A stretch of DNA of 43,607 bases, taken from positions 1 through 43,607 of the forward strand of contig JBIOXB010000041.1 in NCBI GenBank assembly GCA_044869275.1. The letters run 5' to 3'. Shown here piece by piece: positions 1 to 7,543 of the stretch. This DNA comes from a bacterium (GTDB lineage Bacteria > Zhuqueibacterota > Zhuqueibacteria > Zhuqueibacterales > Zhuqueibacteraceae). Below the pieces are notes generated by a model. That model ran no database searches and was not told the origin of the DNA. It was given only the letters and a program-made list of their open reading frames with translations. Positions within the stretch are counted from its first letter, which is position 1, and every line of letters starts with the position of its first letter. The position numbers and the translations under genes are program-made.

Positions 1-2
1 CC

Positions 3-140
3 TTCATTCAAGTCTTCAATATCGGCAATCGCAAGAACGTCTGGTTCGTCGAGTATCAGCCCACGAACGGCTTGATGCAAGTCGACGAATTCAACATGTT
101 TCCCTTGCTGCCGACGATTGGGGTGAATTTCAAATTCTGA
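3..140 (+). CDS. C-terminal fragment of a probable TonB-dependent outer-membrane receptor (5' end outside window)
   Basis: Manual translation FIQVFNIGNRKNVWFVEY...NMFPLLPTIGVNFKF* ends in an alternating beta-strand with terminal Phe and lies upstream of a DUF4249-like lipoprotein, a common pairing. Confidence 0.7.
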   Translation, partial: FIQVFNIGNRKNVWFVEYQPTNGLMQVDEFNMFPLLPTIGVNFKF

Positions 141-238
141 GCAGGAAATTGAATCTTCAACCTGTCATTCTAAAAGAATCTTCCTCAGCGCTGGCCTCGT
201 AGCTCAGCGTGGTTCTGTGCCGAATGCGGGGGAGGATT

Positions 239-357
239 CAGACTGTGTGAAAACATGGGAATGCCGCACCCTGAGCTTGTCGAAGGGTGCTAAGCGCAAA
301 AAATCCGGCTTCGACAAGCTCAGCCGGCGTTGAAACCAAGCGATTTCACACAGTCTG
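239..357. mobile_element. MITE-like element (119 bp) with 14-bp terminal inverted repeats and an internal REP-like doublet
   Basis: cagactgtgtgaaa (239-252) / tttcacacagtctg (344-357); ATT on both sides (236-238, 358-360); internal ctgagcttgtcgaag ... cttcgacaagctcag inverted pair. Confidence 0.7.
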
Positions 358-400
358 ATTCTTACACATTGACTGGTTTGATGTTCTGAAAGGATAAATC

Positions 401-1336
401 GTGAGCAAATCTACCTTCTTCATGCTCCCCTTGCTGTCCGCAGCAATGCTCTCCTGCGGCAAAGGCGTCGTCGAAGTGACCAATGAAAGTTTCCAGCCGC
501 AAATCGTGGTGGAAGGTTTTTTGATCGCCGGCAAGAACGTTGACAACATTCATATCACCAAAAACTTCAGGCTCGACGCCAATCTAAGAAATACCGACTT
601 GGTGGTTTCTGATGCACAGGTTACAATTATCGACGAAAGCACTGGCAAAAGTTATCCCCTGGCGTTCCAGGATTCGCCTTTTCCGCCGGGCGATCCGAAT
701 CGGAACCGGCTGAATCAGGCGCATTATCGTTACACGGGCAATGATCTCATCGTCGAATATGGCAAGACTTACGCGCTCGAAGTTCGCGCCGTGGTGGAAG
801 GGAAATCTTTGCAAACGCGCGCTCGCACCACTGTGCCGCAACAGGGATTTCGCATCTCCGGTCTCAATCACGATAGCCTGCAATACCGGCAACGCGATAC
901 CGCCGGAGAAGTGATGCATTTTCAGCTTGCGCTCGAGCGCTCCCCCGGCATTGATTTTTACGTCGCTGCGCTGCGGCCGAAAACGGCTTCGACGGAGAAT
1001 TTCATTTACGACAACCCTTATACCGAAGAAACGCCGGAGGGTGTCGAGGATAATTTTGGCGACTACACCAACTCGGTTTTATGGATTCAGGATACGCCGA
1101 TAGTTTCGGGGCAATCTTTGTTCGACATCTTTTGGTGGGAGCTTTGGTTTTACAGCGAGTATGAAGTAGTCGCTTACGCCGCGGACAAGAATTACACGGA
1201 TTTCATGATCACCTACCAAGACGTGCAGGAAGAAGACGGCAACTTTCACGAAGCCAAATTCCATTTGGAGGGCGACGGCATCGGCGTGTTCGGCGCGGTG
1301 GTGGCGGATACGGTGCGGATCAAGGTGCTCAGATGA
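401..1336 (+). CDS. DUF4249-like lipoprotein
   Basis: GTG start, lipobox-like LSC-GKG, 'PQIVVEGFL' near the N-terminus and 'GDGIGVFGA' near the C-terminus, downstream of a receptor gene. Confidence 0.7.
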   Translation: MSKSTFFMLPLLSAAMLSCGKGVVEVTNESFQPQIVVEGFLIAGKNVDNIHITKNFRLDANLRNTDLVVSDAQVTIIDESTGKSYPLAFQDSPFPPGDPNRNRLNQAHYRYTGNDLIVEYGKTYALEVRAVVEGKSLQTRARTTVPQQGFRISGLNHDSLQYRQRDTAGEVMHFQLALERSPGIDFYVAALRPKTASTENFIYDNPYTEETPEGVEDNFGDYTNSVLWIQDTPIVSGQSLFDIFWWELWFYSEYEVVAYAADKNYTDFMITYQDVQEEDGNFHEAKFHLEGDGIGVFGAVVADTVRIKVLR

Positions 1337-1363
1337 ATCTGAGGTCCTTCAAGGCAAAAGCCA

Positions 1364-1458
1364 TTGAACACGGAGGGCGCGGATTTGACGGATGAACGCG
1401 GATTTTTCAAAGCTTTTGATCCGTGGAAATCCGCTGAATCCGCGTTATCCGTGTTCAA
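1364..1458. repeat. Inverted array of ~9-bp units (cgcggat type); a related half-copy lies at 5103-5132
   Basis: ttgaacacggagggcgcggatttgacggatgaacgcggat ... atccgtggaaatccgctgaatccgcgttatccgtgttcaa. Confidence 0.75.
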
Positions 1459-1463
1459 ATGTT

Positions 1464-1492
1464 GTAGGGGCGAGCGGGCCGCTCGCCCCTAC
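1464..1492. repeat. GTAG-type REP palindrome
   Basis: gtaggggcgagcgg-g-ccgctcgcccctac, perfect 14-bp arms. Confidence 0.8.
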
Positions 1493-1611
1493 GGTTATGC
1501 GGCCTCGTCGGGGTGCATGGCCGTGCTCCCCGACCGCATGTTGCGCCAAACGCGGTAGCCTTTCCCTGCCGAGATTGAATTTCGCACTGACAACCATCGG
1601 CGCTGCAATCC

Positions 1612-4188
1612 TCAACGCGCCAGCAACATTTTTCTCGCCAATGTTTGCTGCTGCGATTTCACCACGCAGAGATAAACTCCGGTGGCGGCTGCATTGCCGC
1701 CCTCGTCTTTACCTTCCCACAACACCGCATGCCTGCCAGCGGGCCTCATTTCGTCGAGCAGGGTGAGAACTTTTCTGCCGGAAATATCATAAATGCTTAT
1801 CGTCACTCTCCCGGCGACGCGCAGGCTGAATTCCACCGTGGTGGCAGGATTGAAGGGATTCGGATAATTTTGTAACAAGCGGAAGTCCGGTTGCGGAGAG
1901 AATTTTTCTTGCACCGCGCTGGTAAATTTGCCACCCGGCTTGCTCAAAAATCCGAAAGCGGCGGCCGCCGTGCCAATGGATTCATGCACAGTAAATTCAT
2001 TGGTCGGCGGGCAATATCTGTTTTCAAACCACAACTCATGCGACGGCCACAGCTTCGCTTGCGGATACGCCGTCTTCATGCCCCAGCGCGCGTCCCAGGG
2101 CCCGCCTGGTGTTCCCTCCTCATGCCAATAAGGCCCAAAAGGAATAATCCCGGGCACCATGCCTTTTTCGGTGTTGTAGAACCATGAATCGAGATGCATG
2201 AATTCTTCCGGATGCTTCTTGCCCATGCCCGACACCCAACACATGTTCAGCGGATTCGCGCCCAGGATATAATCGCAGGTGGTGTAACAGTAGGAGAGAT
2301 ATTTCTTGTTGCCGGTGATGGCATACGACACCATGAGCGGAAAAATATTCGGGCGGGTGGCGGTGCCATACATGATCGGATACCACCAGTCGTTGCCATA
2401 ACGGTAGCCGCGGCGATCGGCAGCGCTGATATGATCCGTGTAGGCCCAATTCTCCACCGCTTTTGCCAGCATGCTTCTCAAGCTTTGATCGATAGCCGGC
2501 TGCCCGGTCATCACGTACGTCCACGTGCCCCATTGCTGATCATGCGACTCCCACAATTCCAGCTCGGTGGACGCGGTTTTGATCACGTTGTCTTTTTTGA
2601 ATTGCTCCTGAAACTGCGCTTCGCCGGTGATTCTGAACAGCCACGCCGCGGCATGATGCCGCGCGTCGCGAACTTTGATTTCATCACCCGGCAAAATGTG
2701 CTGCGCAGCCCAGTCGTAAGCTTGGCGCGCGGATTGGAGATATTCCGACTTGAATTCGGCGTGCCCCGCCATTTCCAGACAATGCGCCATCTGGCAGGCG
2801 ACGGCGGCATAGTGAAAAGAAACCTGCGGATCAGGCGCGTAGGCATACCATTGATCCGTATCCGTCACGCAGCTCACCCCGGTTGCCGGATGCCGCCAAG
2901 TCTCCATGCCGCCATGGATGGCGCCGTCGTCTTCCTGCATGCGCTCGAAGAAATCCACGCCCCAGCGCGCTTCATCCAAAATATCCGGAATGCCGTTGCC
3001 GCTTTCAGGAATGTTCAGTTCATCGTCTGAAAAATTCTCCGGCCGCAGCTCATAAGCGAGCAGCAGCACTTGCGCCGTGTTCAGGTGAAATGCGTTGCGA
3101 TCCCAGTCCGCGGCGTCGTGCCAGCCGCCCCAAAACGGTTTCTTTTGTGGCGTGGCATATTGCGGCAATTGCGTGAACGCGTTGCCGCCGTCCAAGTAGC
3201 GCCAGTTGGAAAGAATCACCGTGTCCGTTTCCGCGGGATGATGGCAGCGTGGCCGCGTCCATTGCGTGTAAGGCGCTTCCAAAGCGACGCCGCAGCGCTG
3301 ATGATACAGCGCGCGCATCGTCGTGTAAAACGCTTCGCGATAAACATCGTCATCAATGTGAAACGGATAGGAACAACCGATGCGCTCCACGAAGAGCCGA
3401 TACTCTCCGGGCCGGGTGAAATCTGAAAAATTCGCCACCCACACATCGGCGCCGGTGAAGCTGCCAAAAGGCGCATGCGTTTCCCACCCGCTGTCCGGCC
3501 CATCGTTCTGCAGCGATTTTCGCAAGCCGATGGTTCCGGAGTAAAACACCGTTCGCGTTTTCTCTTCGACAATGTAAAAGGTCGAGGCGGCATAGCCGTC
3601 GAAAGCAAGCGGGCCGAGATCGCCCATCCAATGCGACAGGTAGGCATATTTCGCCGGCGCTTGCGGCGCATAGCCGGTTTGATTCACATGAATGGTTTCC
3701 GAGCGCATCACGTATTCATCATAGACGAAAGCCGTGTCGCTGCGCGTGGGATCCAAATAAGGAAATTGGAGACGATAGGTTTTTCCGCGCTTCAGAGGAT
3801 AGGGCAATTCCAAATAAATGAAATGTTCGAGGACGTAGGGATAATTAGAAGAAGCGATCGAGCTGAAATCCTTCCCCTTGCTTTTGCGGCCGACTTTGAG
3901 CGGAGAGCGTGGCGTCGCATAATCCGGATCGCTGGCGCTGCTTAGAGTGTAAGTGGCGGTTCGCATCGCCCAAATGAGCAAGAGCTCGGATTTGACGACT
4001 TGATCATCGTTGCCGCCTTGCCCGAGGCCATAGTGTTGGACATGGCCGTCGTCAAAATGGAGCATGAGGATTTTGTCGGTGACCGGCAGAAGCTGCTTGA
4101 GCTTGGAGGCCGTGGCATTCCCGCCGAAAAGCGCCAACGCAATGGCGCAGAGCAGCGGGAGCAGGGTCGATCTCGAGGGAATCTTCAT
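1612..4188 (-). CDS. Secreted glycoside hydrolase family 9 protein with N-terminal Ig-like domain and C-terminal T9SS-type-A/FlgD-like domain
   Basis: Signal peptide; IHVNQTGY Ig domain; YHQRCG, GGWHDAAD, YILGANP and TNEFTV GH9 motifs; LLQNYPNPFNP tail. Confidence 0.85.
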   Translation of the reverse strand: MKIPSRSTLLPLLCAIALALFGGNATASKLKQLLPVTDKILMLHFDDGHVQHYGLGQGGNDDQVVKSELLLIWAMRTATYTLSSASDPDYATPRSPLKVGRKSKGKDFSSIASSNYPYVLEHFIYLELPYPLKRGKTYRLQFPYLDPTRSDTAFVYDEYVMRSETIHVNQTGYAPQAPAKYAYLSHWMGDLGPLAFDGYAASTFYIVEEKTRTVFYSGTIGLRKSLQNDGPDSGWETHAPFGSFTGADVWVANFSDFTRPGEYRLFVERIGCSYPFHIDDDVYREAFYTTMRALYHQRCGVALEAPYTQWTRPRCHHPAETDTVILSNWRYLDGGNAFTQLPQYATPQKKPFWGGWHDAADWDRNAFHLNTAQVLLLAYELRPENFSDDELNIPESGNGIPDILDEARWGVDFFERMQEDDGAIHGGMETWRHPATGVSCVTDTDQWYAYAPDPQVSFHYAAVACQMAHCLEMAGHAEFKSEYLQSARQAYDWAAQHILPGDEIKVRDARHHAAAWLFRITGEAQFQEQFKKDNVIKTASTELELWESHDQQWGTWTYVMTGQPAIDQSLRSMLAKAVENWAYTDHISAADRRGYRYGNDWWYPIMYGTATRPNIFPLMVSYAITGNKKYLSYCYTTCDYILGANPLNMCWVSGMGKKHPEEFMHLDSWFYNTEKGMVPGIIPFGPYWHEEGTPGGPWDARWGMKTAYPQAKLWPSHELWFENRYCPPTNEFTVHESIGTAAAAFGFLSKPGGKFTSAVQEKFSPQPDFRLLQNYPNPFNPATTVEFSLRVAGRVTISIYDISGRKVLTLLDEMRPAGRHAVLWEGKDEGGNAAATGVYLCVVKSQQQTLARKMLLAR

Positions 4189-4297
4189 TTTGTGCGTTCA
4201 GTTTTTTCTCTTACTTTTGCTCCTACTCCTAATGCGAATGACCAGTTAAAATATGTCAAAGCCTAAAGCTATCAGTCAAAATGATTTGAGTCAAAAT

Positions 4298-4326
4298 GTA
4301 GAGACGTCCCGCCGGGACGTCTCTAC
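4298..4326. repeat. GTAG-type REP palindrome
   Basis: gtagagacgtcccg-c-cgggacgtctctac, perfect 14-bp arms. Confidence 0.8.
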
Positions 4327-4345
4327 GGCATACTCACATCAAAAT

Positions 4346-4677
4346 TTAGAAAGTGGAGAATGCGTCTTCTAAATTGAGCGCCAGTACAACCTTTTCACTG
4401 ACTTTCTTCATAGTATCATCGTCGAGCGTGCCGAGATATTTATCAAGCCGCTGTTTCGGGATGGTTTGAATATTATCGAGCTGCACGAAAGAGGGTGTGG
4501 GCAAATTCGTGTTTTGATCGATATCCACTTCGGTGGGATAGCCTTGTTTTGGGAGGTGATTTCAGCCACAGTAAGCTTGTTAAGGTAGGGAATGACTGCG
4601 CTTCGCGTCAGAATCACGATTGGACGCTTCCCCGCCTTTGCGCCCAAATCCGCCTGCCAGATTTCACCCCGTTTCAT
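4346..4677 (-). pseudogene. PemK/MazF-family toxin with a 1-bp frameshift near 4542 (pseudogene or sequencing error)
   Basis: MKRGEIWQADLGAKAGKRPIVILT...ITSQNK in one frame continues as (G)YPTEVDIDQ...SFVQLDNIQTIPKQRLDKYLGTL in another; adding one G restores a 110-aa ORF. Confidence 0.85.
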
Positions 4678-4907
4678 GCCGCGGTCCAGGCTTGCGTCTC
4701 CAGCCATTCCTCGGCGCGGTTGGCTTCATCTGGATTTTTCTTGAGAACCGCAATCCATTCCTGTTCGAAACGTGTTCCCTCGCGGCGTTTGAGCCAGGCC
4801 GCAAGCGCTTCGCGAACGATCTGGGCAATATCTTGTCCGGCCGATTTGCCGGCTTGGCGGATTTCCGTCAGCATTTGCTCGTCAATGGCAATTTGAATGT
4901 TCGTCAT
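4674..4907 (-). CDS. Ribbon-helix-helix (CopG-like) antitoxin
   Basis: 77 aa, MTNIQIAIDEQML...IVREALAAWL pattern; its TGA overlaps the toxin ATG (ATGA). Confidence 0.75.
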   Translation of the reverse strand: MTNIQIAIDEQMLTEIRQAGKSAGQDIAQIVREALAAWLKRREGTRFEQEWIAVLKKNPDEANRAEEWLETQAWTAA

Positions 4908-5331
4908 GGCGTGTTCAGAAAATGTTTGGCGTGTGATGTGTTTGAAGCCGATTTAGCAATTCTACAAGAGATGAAGCACATTTGCAAGCCAGATTTTTGC
5001 TTTTGAGGAAAAGATACGCATCGTCCTGACTTGAAAACTCAATTTAAGGTTCGCAATGCCTTGCTTAATTCCTCCACCTCCGGTTTGCGCCGGCCGTAGC
5101 CCATCCGTCAAATCCACGCGATCCGCGTTCAACAGAACAGAATGAACCGAGTATAAGCATCGACACTTGAAAAATCAATTGGCGTTTACATGCGGTTAGG
5201 GCAAGCAAACAGTGCCCGCGGCCAAAGTCGGCCCTTGCACTTTGGCATTTTTTTGAGTTTTTTGAATCCGTTTTGTTAAAAAACGAAATTCCACATGTCT
5301 GTATTACAAAGTTGCACGAAAGGAGCATGAA

Positions 5332-5868
5332 ATGATGCACCGCCTCAAATCAATTCTCACTGTTTTTGCTTTGCTGGGCTTGGCGACGGTTGCTCTCGCG
5401 CAAGAAGATTTGGCCGAGCCGCTCAAAGCCTTCAAGCCGTTTCTCGGCAAAACATGGAAAGGCCAACTCAATCAATCCGGCGAGGGCAAGGCTACCATTG
5501 ACATATCGCGCTGGGAACGCGCGCTCAACGGCCAGGCGATTCGCGTGCTGCACTCGGTCAACGACGGCGAATACGGCGGCGAGAGTATCATGTTTTGGGA
5601 CAAGCAGAAGAACAGTCTGGCGTTTTATTACTTCACCACGGCGGGGTTCTACACGCACGGCACGATGAAATTTGAAGAGGGCAAATTCATCAGCCACGAA
5701 CACGTCACCGGCAATGCCGAGGGTGTCACCGAAGTCAAAGGCAGCGGTGAGGTGACGGCGGACGGCAAGATGATCAGCAAATCACAATACTTCAAGGCCG
5801 GCAAATGGGTGGAGGGGCACGCCGCGGTTTACGTGGAAGACCCCACGGCGCAGGTGGTGTTTAAATGA
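5332..5868 (+). CDS. Secreted hypothetical beta-rich protein
   Basis: AGGAG RBS, signal peptide ending ALA, FKPFLGKTWKG and beta-strand-rich body. Confidence 0.7.
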   Translation: MMHRLKSILTVFALLGLATVALAQEDLAEPLKAFKPFLGKTWKGQLNQSGEGKATIDISRWERALNGQAIRVLHSVNDGEYGGESIMFWDKQKNSLAFYYFTTAGFYTHGTMKFEEGKFISHEHVTGNAEGVTEVKGSGEVTADGKMISKSQYFKAGKWVEGHAAVYVEDPTAQVVFK

Positions 5869-5880
5869 TTCAGCGTTCGT

Positions 5881-5935
5881 CGTAACGCCTTCAGGCGCCT
5901 GGCGCTCATCGCTCAAAATGCCTGAAGGCATTACG
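5881..5935. repeat. REP-like inverted repeat between convergent genes (possible bidirectional terminator)
   Basis: cgtaacgccttcaggcg ... tgcctgaaggcattacg; the right arm contains the stop codon of the minus-strand gene. Confidence 0.7.
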
Positions 5936-6776
5936 CCGAACAAATGACCTCATTTTCGGTAACGATGAAATCCACGCGCTGGTCGTGCGCGGTCTTGGGA
6001 ACGCGTTCCACAACTTGTGTGGCGAAGGCCAAACCGATCTTCGGCATGCGGGATTCGGCGAGAAAACGATCGTAATAGCCCGCACCATAGCCGAGGCGAT
6101 GGCCTTCCCGGTCGAACGCCAATCCCGGAATGAGCACGAGATCAAAAGCATTTTTTTCCGCCACTTTTCTTGCGCCCTTCTCCTCGCTGGGTTCCAAAAT
6201 CCCGTAGGCGCCAGCCTCGAGCGCTGAAAAATCATCTATAAAATAATGCACAAGCGTGCGCGCGGCGCGTTGTACTTTGGGCACAGCCACGCGGCGGCCG
6301 GCCTGCAAAGCTTCACTGATCACTGCGTGCGTGTCGACCTCATCTTGCCAGGAGACGTAGGTGTGAATGGTGCGCGCGCGCTGATAAGCTTCGAGCGCTG
6401 TAAGATTTTGTTTGATCATCGCACTGGCGCGTGCCCGCTCCGCCGGAGGCACTGCACGCCGCTGCTGGCGCATTTGTGCGCGCAGAGTTTTTTTCAGCAT
6501 GCCCTGCGCCAAATTCTGATCCGTTACCGCCATCACGCCCACTTCTTTGCGGCCCCAGTATTCTCCCCACTCCGTTTTCGTTCCGAGGCAAATGCGCGGC
6601 ACGCCGGCATATTTTTCCGTCCAATGTTTCTGTGTTGAATTGGAAAAATCCTCGGCCAGAATCAAGAGCGCAGCTCGGCGTCTCGCCAGGGCCTCTTGCG
6701 CCGCCTCGCTGCCGAGCGCAATTTTGCGCGCCCGCCGCGCGAGGCCAATGAGGTTTGTCAATTCTTCAGGCAACAT
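5931..6776 (-). CDS. Fusion protein: N-terminal L7Ae/YlxQ-like RNA-binding domain plus C-terminal 5-formyltetrahydrofolate cyclo-ligase (YgfA-like)
   Basis: aa ~1-92: LIGLARRARKIALG...LLILAEDFS...GVMAVTDQNLA; from aa ~93: KKTLRAQMRQQR...EVDT...DLVLIPGLAFDREGHRLGYGAGYYDRFL...HDQRVDFIVTE. Confidence 0.85.
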   Translation of the reverse strand: MLPEELTNLIGLARRARKIALGSEAAQEALARRRAALLILAEDFSNSTQKHWTEKYAGVPRICLGTKTEWGEYWGRKEVGVMAVTDQNLAQGMLKKTLRAQMRQQRRAVPPAERARASAMIKQNLTALEAYQRARTIHTYVSWQDEVDTHAVISEALQAGRRVAVPKVQRAARTLVHYFIDDFSALEAGAYGILEPSEEKGARKVAEKNAFDLVLIPGLAFDREGHRLGYGAGYYDRFLAESRMPKIGLAFATQVVERVPKTAHDQRVDFIVTENEVICSA

Positions 6777-7056
6777 GTTTCTGAATATAATCCACGACCT
6801 TCACATAATCTTCTGCAGAAACCGGCGCGCGCAAACCGTGCTGCAAAGCCTTTTTCTTGACCAAGAGCTGCGCGCACGCAGAAGCCGGGCAAACATACGC
6901 GCCGCGGCCGGGCAAACGTTGTTGCACGTCTATCGTCACTCGCCCGTCTTGATGGCGGCACAGACGCAACAATTCCGCTTTCGCGGTTTTGCGGCCGCAC
7001 GCCAGGCAGGTGCGCTGCGGAACATGGCGCGGTTTGATTGTTGGCAATGAATTCAT
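6766..7056 (-). CDS. ylxR: YlxR/RnpM (DUF448) RNA-binding protein
   Basis: HVPQRTCLACG...KAELLR...PGRGAYVC motifs; overlaps the downstream gene by 11 nt. Confidence 0.9.
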   Translation of the reverse strand: MNSLPTIKPRHVPQRTCLACGRKTAKAELLRLCRHQDGRVTIDVQQRLPGRGAYVCPASACAQLLVKKKALQHGLRAPVSAEDYVKVVDYIQKHVA

Positions 7057-7226
7057 GCAAACGTTTTATTAAAATACGGTCGGGGTCATGCAAAGTCAAG
7101 CTGAAAGCTGGAGGAAGCATAAAATTTCCAATTGCAAATCAAATCAGAGCATGGTAAGTTGCATCCAAATGTTTTAACGCAGAGACACAAAGCTTCACAG
7201 CGCGGCTGAGCTGCAACCAAAATGGT

Positions 7227-7293
7227 TCCACGCGGATCAAAAAACCACACGGAAATTTCTGGACTATCCGCGTGGTTTCTTAATCCGCCTGGA
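7227..7293. repeat. Degenerate inverted repeat of the cgcggat family
   Basis: tccacgcggat...ccacacgga ... tccgcgtgg...atccgcctgga. Confidence 0.55.
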
Positions 7294-7338
7294 GCTAGTG
7301 TTTGCTTTTTTGCAAGGATCTCACTTATAGCTGATTAA

Positions 7339-7473
7339 GAGCCTATCCCAAAACCTCATTATGTCATGCTGGAAGCATCTTGGTAGATTCAGTATCAGCC
7401 TTGGAAACATGTATTGTGCTGGATTCAACCAAGATCCCTACGGGATGACATATTAGGTTTTTGGGATTGGCTC
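7339..7473. mobile_element. MITE-like element (135 bp) with ~18-bp terminal inverted repeats and an internal REP-like pair
   Basis: gagcctatcccaaaacct / aggtttttgggattggctc; TAA on both sides (7336-7338, 7474-7476); internal tgtcat...atcttggt ... accaagat...atgaca. Confidence 0.7.
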
Positions 7474-7543
7474 TAAGCCAGAAACCCTGCTAAAAAAGCT
7501 AAGTTTTGCAGGTTTGTATTACAGAGAGCCACAGAGAAAAACG

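Noticed and set aside
193..215. ggcctcgtagctcagcgtggtt resembles the 5' end and D-arm of a tRNA
   Set aside because: No anticodon arm, TTCGA T-loop or matching acceptor stem follows
6488..6494. A7 run at the L7Ae-YgfA junction as a programmed frameshift site
   Set aside because: Not in canonical X_XXY_YYZ phase, neither shifted frame stops immediately, and it simply encodes the Lys-Lys typical of YgfA N-termini
7057..7340. 6S RNA expected upstream of a ygfA-containing operon
   Set aside because: The region consists of repeat remnants and shows no long rod with a central bubble
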